Origin: Gaiellaceae bacterium | Lineage (GTDB): Bacteria > Actinomycetota > Thermoleophilia > Gaiellales > Gaiellaceae | Direction of reading: 5' to 3' | Assembly (NCBI GenBank): GCA_051002595.1 | Contig: JBPCMD010000069.1 | Coordinates: forward strand, 13,544 to 77,543 | DNA length: 64,000 nucleotides | In this document: positions 1 through 8,945 of the stretch, piece by piece | How the letters are laid out: every line of letters starts with the position of its first letter | Position numbering within the stretch: the first letter of the stretch is position 1 | Notes under the pieces: generated by a model | Database searches by the model: none | What the model was told of the DNA's origin: nothing | The model's input: only the letters and a program-made list of their open reading frames with translations | Translations under genes and position numbers: made by a program

Positions 1-692
1 ACGTAGGAGGCTCGATCCGAGCAGAGGAACGCCACCACGTCCCCGATCTCGCGCGGCGTCCCCAGCCGACGGAGCGGGACGGCTTCGAGGTCGTCCGCGC
101 TCGGCCCGTCCGGGTACACCTCGCGAATCCGCTCTGTGTCGATCCGGCCCGGGGCGATCGAGTTCACCGTGATGCCCTGAGGGCCGAGCTCGCGTGAGAG
201 CGACTTCGCCCAGCCGATGACCCCTGGCCGGACTGCGTTCGAGAGCGCGAGATTGTCGGTCGGCTCCTTCACGGTGCTGGAGGTGATGTTGACGATGCGG
301 CCGGCCTCGCTCCGCTCGAGATACGGGAGGCAGAGTCCGGTCAGCCGGACGACGGAGACGAGGAGGAGCTGCACCGCGGTCTCGACCTGCTCGGCGGAAA
401 GTCCCACTGCGGCGGTTCGGGGCGGCCCGCCGGAGTTGTTCACGAGGATGTCGATGCCTCGGTGCTCGTCGACCGCGGTCTGCACGAGCCGCTCGAGGTC
501 GTCGGCGTTCGTGACGTCGCCGGGAACCGCGATCCCGCCCAAGCGCTCTGCCTCCGCCCGAAGCGTCTCGGGCCTGCGTGCGAACATGACGACGTTCGCC
601 CCCTCGGCCGCGAGGGCCTCGCTGACCCCGAGCCCGATTCCGGCGGAGGCGCCGCAGACGATGGCGGTGCGTCCTTCGAGATTCAGATCCAT
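1..692 (-). CDS. SDR-family oxidoreductase (3-oxoacyl-ACP reductase-like), C-terminus cut by window edge
   Basis: Not in the ORF track because there is no stop in the window. The reverse complement from the ATG at 692 reads MDLNLEGRTAIVCGASAGIGLGVSEALAAEG (Rossmann GxxxGIG motif). It stays in frame to base 1, ending ...GDVVAFLCSDRASYV, a typical SDR C-terminal region. Confidence 0.8.
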   Translation of the reverse strand, partial: MDLNLEGRTAIVCGASAGIGLGVSEALAAEGANVVMFARRPETLRAEAERLGGIAVPGDVTNADDLERLVQTAVDEHRGIDILVNNSGGPPRTAAVGLSAEQVETAVQLLLVSVVRLTGLCLPYLERSEAGRIVNITSSTVKEPTDNLALSNAVRPGVIGWAKSLSRELGPQGITVNSIAPGRIDTERIREVYPDGPSADDLEAVPLRRLGTPREIGDVVAFLCSDRASY

Positions 693-720
693 GGCGGCAA
701 GGGCGAGGCGAGCCTCGCTC

Positions 721-1647
721 CTACGAGCTCCTGAGGACGCTGACCACGTCCCGTACGGCAGCTGCGGACTCCTGGAACCACGTCTGCTCCTGCTCGGAGA
801 GCTCGAGCTCGACGATCTCCTCGATTCCCGCCGAGCCCAGCTTCACGGGCACACCCATGTACAGGTCGGCGACCCCGAACTCCCCTTCGAGATAGGCGGT
901 GCAGGGGAGGACTCGCTTCTGGTCGAGGAGGACCGCCTCCACCATCTCCGTCACCGCCGCGGCCGGCGCGTACCAGGCCGAGGTGCCGAGGAGCTCTACG
1001 ACCTCTCCTCCGCCCTTCCGCGTCCGCTCGACCATGGCGTCGATCCGCTCCTGGGATACGAGCTTCGTCAGCGGGACGCCGCCGACCGTGGTCGCCGAGA
1101 CGACGGGGACCATCTGGTCGCCGTGCCCGCCGAGCACGAGAGCGTGAACGTCGCGGACGGACGCCCCGGTCTCCCAGGCGATGAACGCCCGAAAGCGCGC
1201 CGTGTCGAGGATCCCGGCCTGCCCGAAGACCCGCTCCTTGGGGAGCCCGGAGGCGCTCTTCGCCACATGGCACATCGCGTCGAGAGGATTCGAGAGCACG
1301 ATCACGATCGTGTCGGGCGAGTGAGCGAGCGCCTGCTCGGTGACCGAGCCGACGATCTTCTCGTTCGTCGTCACGAGATCGTCCCGGCTCATCCCCGGCT
1401 TGCGCGGAACGCCGGCAGTTACCACGACCACGTCCGATCCAGCCGTGTCCTCGTAGCTGTTCGAGCCGGTGACGTTGGGCTCGTAGCCGAGCACCGACGC
1501 CGCCTGGTCGAGGTCGAGCGCGATGCCCTGCGGAAGGTTCTCGACAATGTCGACGAGGACGACGTTCGCGTAGTCGCGACGCGCGAGCTCCTGGGCGATC
1601 GTGCGCCCGGTGAGCCCAGCGCCGACGACGGTGACCTTACTTCTCAC
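721..1647 (-). CDS. mdh: Malate dehydrogenase (LDH-like type)
   Basis: ORF 721..1677 has the VTVVGAGLTG NAD fold, the GVPRKPGMSRDDL substrate loop and the GGHGDQMVP motif. The start was moved to GTG 1647, which has GGAGGA about 6 nt upstream. Confidence 0.85.
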   Translation of the reverse strand: MRSKVTVVGAGLTGRTIAQELARRDYANVVLVDIVENLPQGIALDLDQAASVLGYEPNVTGSNSYEDTAGSDVVVVTAGVPRKPGMSRDDLVTTNEKIVGSVTEQALAHSPDTIVIVLSNPLDAMCHVAKSASGLPKERVFGQAGILDTARFRAFIAWETGASVRDVHALVLGGHGDQMVPVVSATTVGGVPLTKLVSQERIDAMVERTRKGGGEVVELLGTSAWYAPAAAVTEMVEAVLLDQKRVLPCTAYLEGEFGVADLYMGVPVKLGSAGIEEIVELELSEQEQTWFQESAAAVRDVVSVLRSS

Positions 1648-1725
1648 GTGTCGTCCTCCAGTCTCAGTAGTGCGCAAGACCGGAATCCGCTAACGCGAAC
1701 TCCGGTCGCGCGAAGATCCCTAAAG

Positions 1726-1744
1726 GCGGCCGCTTCGCGGCCGC
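1726..1744 (-). terminator. GC-rich hairpin between icd stop and mdh start (possible weak terminator or processing site)
   Basis: GCGGCCGC-TTC-GCGGCCGC gives an 8-bp stem with a 3-nt loop. On the minus strand it is followed by CCTTTAGGG, which is only a partial U-tract. Confidence 0.3.
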
Positions 1745-1752
1745 GACGCTCC

Positions 1753-2841
1753 TCACTCATCTTGGCGCAGTCTCTCGATGATCGCGTCGGCGTACTCGGA
1801 GGTGCCGACCGCGGTCGGGTCGTCGCGGGTGGGTTTCAAGTCGTACGTGACGCGCGTGCCGTCCGCGATCACCGCCGCAACCGTGTGCTCGAGTCGCTGC
1901 GATGCTTCTCGCTCGCCGAGATGCTCGAGCATGAGCTTCCCGGAGAGGATCATCGCGGTGGGATTGACCTTGTTCAGGCCCTTGTACCGCGGCGCCGAGC
2001 CGTGGGTAGCCTCGAAGACGGCCGCGTCCGCGCCGATGTTGGCCCCCGGCGCCACCCCGAGGCCACCGACGAGACCTGCCGTCACGTCGCTCACGATGTC
2101 GCCGTACAGGTTCGGGAGCACCAGCACGTCGAACTCCTCGGGCCGCTGAACGAGCTGCATGCAGAGCGCGTCGACGAGCACCTCTCGCGAGGCGATGTCC
2201 GGGTAGTCCTGTGCGACCGAGCGGAAGACCTCCAAGAACAGCCCGTCGGTGAACTTCATGATGTTCGCCTTCGTCACTCCCGCGACCTCTCGGCGATGGT
2301 TCGCGCGGGCGTGCTCGAACGCGAAGCGGATGATCCGCTCGGACGCCTCCGCGCTCATCGGCTTGACGGAGATCCCCGAACCCGCGGCGATCTTCTTGGT
2401 CTGCAGTCCATTCAGCGTTTCGATGACTTTCGCGGCTTCGTCGCTACCGGCCTCGTACTCGATGCCTGCGTAGAGGTCCTCGGTGTTCTCGCGGACGACG
2501 ACGATGTCCACCATCTCGTAGCGCGTGCGAACTCCCGGATACGTCTTGCACGGGCGCAGACAGGCATAGAGCTCGAGCTCATGGCGCAGGGCGACATTGA
2601 CCGAGCGAAAGCCGGCGCCGATCGGGGTGGTGATCGGGCCCTTCAGCGCCACGCCGTTTCGCTTGACCGAGTCGAGCGTCTCCTGGGGAAGAGGCGTGCC
2701 GGCCTCCTCCATGACCTCGACTCCGGCCTGACGCACGTCCCAGTCGAGGTCCACCCCGGTCGCCTCGAGGACGCGTTGGGTCGCCTCTGTGAGCTCGGGG
2801 CCGGTCCCGTCACCGGGAATGAGGGTCACGCGATGGCCCAT
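1753..2841 (-). CDS. icd: Isocitrate dehydrogenase, NAD-dependent type (isocitrate/isopropylmalate dehydrogenase family)
   Basis: This is the internal part of ORF 1753..3897, from [16 protein letters not shown]. Motifs are FRSVNVALR (IDH-type S-x-N), [13 protein letters not shown] and [19 protein letters not shown]. Its position between mdh and citrate synthase supports IDH over LeuB. Confidence 0.7.
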   Translation of the reverse strand: MGHRVTLIPGDGTGPELTEATQRVLEATGVDLDWDVRQAGVEVMEEAGTPLPQETLDSVKRNGVALKGPITTPIGAGFRSVNVALRHELELYACLRPCKTYPGVRTRYEMVDIVVVRENTEDLYAGIEYEAGSDEAAKVIETLNGLQTKKIAAGSGISVKPMSAEASERIIRFAFEHARANHRREVAGVTKANIMKFTDGLFLEVFRSVAQDYPDIASREVLVDALCMQLVQRPEEFDVLVLPNLYGDIVSDVTAGLVGGLGVAPGANIGADAAVFEATHGSAPRYKGLNKVNPTAMILSGKLMLEHLGEREASQRLEHTVAAVIADGTRVTYDLKPTRDDPTAVGTSEYADAIIERLRQDE

Positions 2842-2895
2842 GGGCGCGCCGGATCGTACCTTGAGCCTTCGCCTGGTCAGGTACCGTCCCGGCCG

Positions 2896-3987
2896 ATGGA
2901 GGTCGCCGACTTCAAGCCGGGGCTCGAAGGCGTCGTCGCCGTCGAGACCGAGATCGCGGAGCCCGACCGCGAGGGCGGATCGCTCCGCTACCGGGGCGTG
3001 GACATCGAGGAGCTCGTCGGGCACGTTCCGTACGAGAACGTCTGGGGTCTGCTCGTGGACGACGACGCGGACTCGAAGATGCCCGATCCGGAGCCATACG
3101 AGCCGGCGCGTCTGACCGGAAACGCTCCCGCCGACCTCCAAGCCGAGACGGCGCGCCTCGCCGGCGACTGGAAGCTCGGGAAGCTGAACGAGATCTCGGA
3201 CGAGCAGGCGCGCGAGGACCTTGGCCGGCTCTCGGCGCAGATGATGACGATCGTCGCGCGCTCCGCACGGGTTGCCGACGGCCTGGGCGACTCGATCTCC
3301 GATGAGGTCGTCGCGCAGGGCAAGACCGCCGCCGAGAAGTTCCTGCTGCGTTGGCGGGGCGAGGCCGACCCACGACACACGAAGGCGATCGACACGTACT
3401 GGATTTGCACAGCCGAGCACGGGCTGAATGCGTCGACCTTCACCGCGCGCATCGTCGCCTCGACCGGAGCGGACTGCGGCGCCTCCCTCTCTTCCGCGGT
3501 CGGAGCGCTCTCCGGGCCGCTGCACGGAGGCGCGCCCGCGTACGTTCTCCCGATGCTGGAGGAAGTCGCGGGGACGGGAGACGCCGCGCGCTGGGTCGAG
3601 GAAGCGCTCACCAGTGGCAAGCGGATCATGGGCTTCGGGCACCGCATCTATCGGGCTGAGGACCCGCGGTCGCGCATTCTCAAGCAGACTGCAAAGGATC
3701 TCGGATCGCCACACGTCGATGTCGCGGAAGCGCTCGAGAATGCCGCGCTGGAGGCGCTTCAGAAGCGGCACCCCGAGCGAGTGCTGGCGACGAACGTCGA
3801 GTATTACTCGGCGGTCGTGCTCGACATCGCCGAGATACCGCCCGCGCTCGCGCCGGCGATGTTCGCGTGCTCGCGGGTCGCGGGCTGGTCGGCGCACATC
3901 CTCGAGCAGAAGAAGACGGGCCGGCTGTTCCGCCCGTCGGCTCGCTACGTCGGCCCGGAGCCTCGCGCGCTGTCTTCTGCGTCATGA
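2896..3987 (+). CDS. Citrate synthase (short ~360-aa type; 2-methylcitrate synthase not excluded)
   Basis: This is the C-terminal part of the composite ORF 217..3987, from [18 protein letters not shown]. Motifs are [19 protein letters not shown] and NVEYYSAV. It is divergent from icd. Confidence 0.85.
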   Translation: MEVADFKPGLEGVVAVETEIAEPDREGGSLRYRGVDIEELVGHVPYENVWGLLVDDDADSKMPDPEPYEPARLTGNAPADLQAETARLAGDWKLGKLNEISDEQAREDLGRLSAQMMTIVARSARVADGLGDSISDEVVAQGKTAAEKFLLRWRGEADPRHTKAIDTYWICTAEHGLNASTFTARIVASTGADCGASLSSAVGALSGPLHGGAPAYVLPMLEEVAGTGDAARWVEEALTSGKRIMGFGHRIYRAEDPRSRILKQTAKDLGSPHVDVAEALENAALEALQKRHPERVLATNVEYYSAVVLDIAEIPPALAPAMFACSRVAGWSAHILEQKKTGRLFRPSARYVGPEPRALSSAS

Positions 3988-4481
3988 GTCTCGCCGAAGC
4001 GGCTGCGGCGGCGGATGCTCTCGCGCAGGCTGGGGACGAGAAGGCGCTGGCGACGCTCCGCGTGCAGTGGGACGAGGAGATCGAGGCCGCCGCGCGCGAC
4101 TCCGACTACCGCGTTCGGGCCCAGGGCTACCGGGCGATCGCGCAGTTCCGGTTTCGCCAGAAGCGCGAGCTCTTGCGTAGAGGGCTCGAGGACGAGAGTC
4201 CCGCTGCTCGCGGGTCTGCGCTGATCGCGCTCGAGGGGCTCTCGCGGGGCCACCCCGGTGACATCAACTCGTTCCGGCCGTTGCTGCACGAGCTCGCGGC
4301 GCGCGATCCGAACCTGGCCGTACGCCGTCTCGCGATCATCTGCCTGAAAAACGGCGCGTCCCGAAGTGACACGCTGCAGCTGCTCGAAGGGATCTCCGAA
4401 GCCGATGACGTCGACGCCGACCTCCGCAAGACCGCGCGCGTCGTGCAGGCCTCGCTGAAGAAGAAAGCCTCGGCCAAGTGA
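3984..4481 (+). CDS. HEAT-repeat protein, function unknown
   Basis: In-frame ATG at 3984 within ORF 3867..4481 overlaps the citrate synthase stop (ATGA). Repeats of the form D..YRVRAQGYRAI, DESPAARGSALIAL and DPNLAVRRLAIICL are present. Confidence 0.6.
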   Translation: MSLAEAAAAADALAQAGDEKALATLRVQWDEEIEAAARDSDYRVRAQGYRAIAQFRFRQKRELLRRGLEDESPAARGSALIALEGLSRGHPGDINSFRPLLHELAARDPNLAVRRLAIICLKNGASRSDTLQLLEGISEADDVDADLRKTARVVQASLKKKASAK

Positions 4482-4963
4482 GCCCGGCAGTTGCGGTGAT
4501 CATGGGCTCGGCTTCCGACTGGGAGACGATGGAGCACTGTGTGACGACGCTCCGGGAGCTCGAGATCCCGCACGAGGTGCGCGTGCTCTCGGCGCATCGC
4601 ACGCCCGGCGCGCTCGAGGCGTACGTGGCGGACGGCGAGAGTCGTGGCGTGCAGGTGTTCGTCGCTGCGGCCGGCGGCGCGGCGCACCTTGCGGGGGTCG
4701 TCGCCTCGCGGACACTCAAGCCCGTCCTCGGGATTCCGATGGGAACCGCGCTCGGGGGACTCGACTCGCTGCTCTCGACCGTGCAGATGCCCGCGGGGAT
4801 CCCGGTCGGAACGCTAGCGATCGGACGGGCGGGCGCCGTCAACGCGGCGCTCCTCGCAGCCGCGATTCTCGCGCGCGCGGACGGCGAGATCGAGGAGCGC
4901 TTGCGGCGCTTTCGGGAGGAGCAGGCGCAGAAGATTCTCGACAGGCCGGATCCGAGCGTGTAG
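4478..4963 (+). CDS. purE: 5-(carboxyamino)imidazole ribonucleotide mutase
   Basis: IMGSASDW, AAAGGAAHLAG and MPAGIPVGT motifs. The GTG start overlaps the stop of the HEAT gene (GTGA). Confidence 0.9.
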   Translation: MSPAVAVIMGSASDWETMEHCVTTLRELEIPHEVRVLSAHRTPGALEAYVADGESRGVQVFVAAAGGAAHLAGVVASRTLKPVLGIPMGTALGGLDSLLSTVQMPAGIPVGTLAIGRAGAVNAALLAAAILARADGEIEERLRRFREEQAQKILDRPDPSV

Positions 4964-4979
4964 GAGGGCCGAAACGCCT

Positions 4980-5009
4980 GGTGACAGTCACCTGCGGGTG
5001 ACAGTCACC
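4980..5009. repeat. Two tandem copies of the 13-bp near-palindrome GGTGACAGTCACC (17-bp period); can fold into one 13-bp hairpin
   Basis: Read directly: GGTGACAGTCACC tgcg GGTGACAGTCACC. It lies between the convergent purE and recQ genes. The second copy contains the recQ stop codon. Confidence 0.7.
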
Positions 5010-7035
5010 CGCTTTCGATCGCCGCCAGCACGTCGTCCGCGTAGCGTTCGAGCTTGACCGGCCCGAACCCCTTGACACCGGCGAGCTCGCCGTGTGTCTG
5101 CGGCCTGACGGCCGCAAGCTCCTGCAGCGTCGAGTCGTGCAGCACGACATAGGCGGGAACGCCGTCCGCCCGCGAGCGCTCGAGGCGCCAGGTGCGCAGT
5201 CGCGCGGCGACGACTTCGTCGACATCTTCTGTCGCCGCGCCCGTTCTGATCCTGGGTCGAGGGGCGTCCGCGTCGGCCATGAGCACGCGGAACCCGTCCG
5301 GCGTCGTGTGCTCGACCAGTGCTCCGGCGAGCTCGAGGAGCTGCACCCACCGCCTCACGTCCGCTTCCGATGCCGCGGCGAGCAGACGGTACGCGAGCGA
5401 GCTCCGCGCCGAGGGAGGCGCCTTCAGCGACCCACAGAGCGTCGCGACGAGGCTCCGTCGCCCGATGGGCCACGTCAGTCCTGCGACGGCATCGACGATC
5501 GCCTCTCCCACGTCTTCGGGCAGTGGCGGCGCCGGCGGGACCGCGCTCGAGGTCTCGGCGAGAGGAGCGCACACGTCGCACATCCCGCACGGAGGAGCAA
5601 ACTCTTCGCCAAAGTGCTCCGCCACCTGCGCGTGGCGGCATGTGCGGACCTCGGCGAAGGCGATGATCCGGTCTGCTCGCGCCTCCGCGACCAGCCGAGC
5701 CCGGTCGAGGAGCGACTCGACGCGCGCGGCCGCATCTTCGGGAACGGTGAGCAGCTCGACGTTCATGCGACGCCCGTCGTCGAACCCGCGCCGCACGAGC
5801 CCAGCCTGCTCGAGCATGCCGACGAGCACACGTGGATCGCGCTCCGGAACGAGGGAGCTGAGCTCGGATGGATCGACGCTCTTGTCCGCGTCTCGCAGCG
5901 CCCGATAGATCGCACGGAGATCGGCCGGAGCGGGCACGTCCGAGACCGCGAACCGCCGCAGCGCCACCGCATCGCTCGGGCTCGCGAGCAGAAGCGTCTC
6001 GCTGGGGACGCCGTCGCGTCCGGCGCGGCCGATCATCTGCACGTAGCCCTCGAGCGAGTCGGGAAAGTTGACCAGGCACACGAGCCGCACGTCCGGCTTG
6101 TCGATGCCCATTCCGAACGCCGTTGTCGCGACCACGACCTGCGCGCGGCCGGCCACGAAGTCGTCCTGCACCCGCGTGCGTTCCTGGGGCTCGAGTCCCG
6201 CGTGGTAGTGCTCGGCGCGGAGCCCGTGCCCGCGGAGCACTCTCGCGACCTCCTCCGTCGAGCGACGCGAGCGGGCGTACACGATGGACGAGCCCCCGCC
6301 GAGCGCGCGAAGGCGCTCCACGAGAATCTGTAGGCGGTCCTCCGCGTTCGCGACCCGAGCCACGTCGTAGCGCAGGTTCGGTCGCACGACCGAGGTGTGC
6401 ACGACCTCGGGCTCGCGGCCCAGCGCTACGCCGATGTCGCGTGCGATCTCAGGCGTCGCGGTCGCCGTCATGCCGAGCAAGGTCGGGCCGCCGAGCTCCT
6501 CGAGCCCTTTCCGGATGAACAGGTAGTCAGGCCGAAAGTCGTGGCCCCACATGCTCACGCAGTGGACCTCGTCCACCACGACCAGCCCGATGCCGATCGT
6601 GCGGAGCATCTCGACAAAGCGCGCCTGGCGCAGGCGCTCGGGCGCGGCGTACACGAGCCTGGTCTCTCCGGAGGCGACCTTCGTGAGCCGTGCCGCGCTC
6701 TCCTCGACGGAGAGCGACGAGTTGACGAAAGTCGCCGTAGAAGCCACTTTCGGCGGCAGCTTGTCTACCTGATCCTTCATCAGCGCTATCAACGGGGACA
6801 GCACCAGCGTCGGCGTCGGGCGGAGCATCGCAGCGAGCTGGTAGGTGAGCGACTTCCCCGAGCCCGTCGGCATCAGCGCGAGCGTGTCTCGGCCCTCGAT
6901 CGCGGCGTGCACGACCTCCTCCTGCCCAGGACGAAATGCGTCGAATCCGAAGAGCTCGCGGAGTGGGGTCTCGAGAACTTGTCTCAGGCGGGCGAGTATA
7001 GGGAGCCGGTCGAACGACGCCCTGACTCGTTGCAG
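5005..7035 (-). CDS. recQ: ATP-dependent DNA helicase RecQ
   Basis: Motifs are MPTGSGKSL (Walker A), DEVHCVSMWGHDFRPDY (DEAH box), a Zn-binding CRHAQ...CGMCDVC and a C-terminal HRDC-like region. The N-terminal ~160 aa of ORF 5005..7524 overlap the xer gene and are not RecQ. No ATG/GTG/TTG lies between the xer stop and the conserved region, so the start is placed at in-frame CTG 7035. The start is uncertain. Confidence 0.85.
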   Translation of the reverse strand: MQRVRASFDRLPILARLRQVLETPLRELFGFDAFRPGQEEVVHAAIEGRDTLALMPTGSGKSLTYQLAAMLRPTPTLVLSPLIALMKDQVDKLPPKVASTATFVNSSLSVEESAARLTKVASGETRLVYAAPERLRQARFVEMLRTIGIGLVVVDEVHCVSMWGHDFRPDYLFIRKGLEELGGPTLLGMTATATPEIARDIGVALGREPEVVHTSVVRPNLRYDVARVANAEDRLQILVERLRALGGGSSIVYARSRRSTEEVARVLRGHGLRAEHYHAGLEPQERTRVQDDFVAGRAQVVVATTAFGMGIDKPDVRLVCLVNFPDSLEGYVQMIGRAGRDGVPSETLLLASPSDAVALRRFAVSDVPAPADLRAIYRALRDADKSVDPSELSSLVPERDPRVLVGMLEQAGLVRRGFDDGRRMNVELLTVPEDAAARVESLLDRARLVAEARADRIIAFAEVRTCRHAQVAEHFGEEFAPPCGMCDVCAPLAETSSAVPPAPPLPEDVGEAIVDAVAGLTWPIGRRSLVATLCGSLKAPPSARSSLAYRLLAAASEADVRRWVQLLELAGALVEHTTPDGFRVLMADADAPRPRIRTGAATEDVDEVVAARLRTWRLERSRADGVPAYVVLHDSTLQELAAVRPQTHGELAGVKGFGPVKLERYADDVLAAIESG

Positions 7036-7054
7036 AGTTGTTACGTCTTTCGCT

Positions 7055-7954
7055 CTAGCGCGGAGCCTTACGACGGGCGTGCGGGTGCGTGAGGAAGTAG
7101 ACCTCGCGACGGCGGCGATCCGAGATGTGCGTATAGCGCTCCGTTGTTCCCAGATCGGCGTGCCCGAGCATCTCCTGCACCGAGCGGAGGTCGGCTCCGC
7201 CCTCGAGTAGATGCGTCGCGAAGGAGTGGCGGAGAAGGTGGGGATGAACGCGCTCGGGCTCGAGGCCGGCCCTCTCGGCCAGGCGGCGCAGGATGAGGAA
7301 GGCGCCCGCGCGGGTGAGCGCACCGCCTCGAGCATTGAGAAAGAGCTCCGGCCGGTAGCGGCGGTCGAGGTGGGGCCGGCCGAGCGCGAGGTAGCGCCGC
7401 GCCGCCTCGGCAGCAGGGCGACCGAGGGGAACGAGGCGCTCCTTGCCGCCCTTGCCGTGCACGCGGACGATCCGCTCCTCGACGTCCACCGCGTTCTTCT
7501 CGAGGCCCATCGCCTCCGAGACACGTAACCCGGCGCCGTACAAGAGCTCGACGAGCGCCCGGTCGCGGAGGGTGCGCGGGGTGGATCCGGTCGCCGCGTC
7601 GATGAGTCGCTCGGTCTCGGATGGGGACAGCACCCGCGGCAGCCGGCGCCCGCGTCGGGGTAGCTTGATCGCGGCAGCGGGATTCTCGCTCCGGCCGCCG
7701 ATGAGGATGAGATGCCGGAAGTAGGTCCGCACCGCAGACACGCGCCGTGCGAGGGTCGAGGATGCGAGGCCCTGAGCGCGCATGGCGGCGAGCCAGCGCT
7801 CCAGATCGTCGACCGTGGCGTCTCCGACGTTGCCGCCCCGGAAAGCCGCCAGGGACCGCAGGTCTCGGCGGTATGCGTCGAGGGTGCGAGGCGAGCGCCT
7901 GGCCGCCAGAATCAGCAGGTAGCGATCGAGCTCCGGATCCGGCGGGACGGCCAT
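7055..7954 (-). CDS. Tyrosine site-specific recombinase, XerC/XerD family (copy 1)
   Basis: Internal ATG (MAVPPDPELDRYLL) of ORF 7055..8425. Motifs are RALVELLYGAGLRVSE, HGKGGKER and HLLRHSFATHLLEGGADLRSVQEMLGHADLGTTERYTH, so the R..K..HxxR..H..Y catalytic set is intact. Confidence 0.85.
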   Translation of the reverse strand: MAVPPDPELDRYLLILAARRSPRTLDAYRRDLRSLAAFRGGNVGDATVDDLERWLAAMRAQGLASSTLARRVSAVRTYFRHLILIGGRSENPAAAIKLPRRGRRLPRVLSPSETERLIDAATGSTPRTLRDRALVELLYGAGLRVSEAMGLEKNAVDVEERIVRVHGKGGKERLVPLGRPAAEAARRYLALGRPHLDRRYRPELFLNARGGALTRAGAFLILRRLAERAGLEPERVHPHLLRHSFATHLLEGGADLRSVQEMLGHADLGTTERYTHISDRRRREVYFLTHPHARRKAPR

Positions 7955-8008
7955 GGGGCTCGGACCGTTTCGGCGAGGAACCTCCGGCTCCTCTCTTGGA
8001 CGCTGCTC

Positions 8009-8926
8009 GTGGGCGTCGTGGCCGCGCTTCTCTCGGCGGCCGTTCCCGCTCCGGCCCAGGCGTCCCAGCTCGTCGCACGAAACACGTTGTCGGAACGGCT
8101 GTCGGTAGCTCGGGACGGGAGGGCGATCGTCACCTATCGCGCCGACGGTCGCCTGCGGCACGTGCTCGCGTGGGGAGCTGTGAACGCGCGGATGCCGAGC
8201 ACGAGTCGCGAGCAGGTCGCGTTCCAGATCGACTACAGCGGAGGTGGGAAGCGTTTTGGCCAGCCTCTGTGGAAGACGGCGTCGAACGTGTGCGGGAGAT
8301 ACACCGGGACTGCGCTGCCCTGGGTCGTCGCCAGCTGCACGGCGCCGGACGGCTCCCATTGGGCGCTGCAGCGCTGGCAGAGGTCTCAGGCGAACTTCGC
8401 GCTGCCGCCCTGGAAGGTCGGCCACGGCGCCTGGGAGCTCCGGCTATCACACTGGAGTGGGCCGGTCGCCCAACTCGATGTCTGGCTCGACTGGAGCTAC
8501 GGTGGCCGCTGGCAACACCTCTTCGGGCGGCTCAGCTATCGCGGTCGTCCCGTCCACGGGTTCGCGACGACCCCGACGGGGGACCCGCTCGACTCCTACG
8601 GCCGCGTTCTCTACCTCGACACCCTCGACCCGGCGTACGGGCCTGGCTGGCACCGTGAGAACGGTTTCGTCGCTCGCCGGCCCGACGGGATGTTCTGCTA
8701 CGGCTTCGTGCCACACCGAATCCCCTCGGGCGAGACGCTGCCACCGGGGACGGGCCGCCGCTACCGCCTGGCGACGAGCGGCCCAGGAGTGACGCCCGAT
8801 GTCAGCTGGGAGGGCGACGGGCTGGGCGATTACGACCCGGAAAGCGAGCTCGACCGCGCGCACGAGACGAGGATGAACGAGCTGCAACTGCAGCTCGCCG
8901 GCGGCTCCGACTCCTGCCATCCGTAG
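8009..8926 (+). CDS. Secreted hypothetical protein (no recognisable family)
   Basis: ORF 7712..8926 has high GC3. A signal-peptide-like LLVGVVAALLSAAVPAPAQA|SQ is present. The ORF's ATG at 7712 would overlap the xer gene by ~240 nt. The first canonical in-frame start after the xer start is GTG 8009. The start is uncertain. Confidence 0.5.
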   Translation: MGVVAALLSAAVPAPAQASQLVARNTLSERLSVARDGRAIVTYRADGRLRHVLAWGAVNARMPSTSREQVAFQIDYSGGGKRFGQPLWKTASNVCGRYTGTALPWVVASCTAPDGSHWALQRWQRSQANFALPPWKVGHGAWELRLSHWSGPVAQLDVWLDWSYGGRWQHLFGRLSYRGRPVHGFATTPTGDPLDSYGRVLYLDTLDPAYGPGWHRENGFVARRPDGMFCYGFVPHRIPSGETLPPGTGRRYRLATSGPGVTPDVSWEGDGLGDYDPESELDRAHETRMNELQLQLAGGSDSCHP

Positions 8927-8945
8927 CTAAGTGCTCCCCGCCGCA

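Noticed and set aside
217-3987. 1256-aa ORF spanning almost 4 kb on the plus strand
   Set aside because: It is a composite artefact of high GC. Only its last 363 codons (from 2896) look like a real protein, citrate synthase. The rest is antisense to the SDR, mdh and icd genes and is Arg/Ala/Ser-rich nonsense.
7036-7524. N-terminal ~160 aa of the 839-aa RecQ ORF
   Set aside because: This segment overlaps the XerC/D-type gene, which has clear homology in its own frame, and has no helicase features. RecQ conservation begins near ETPLRELFGFDAFRPGQ.
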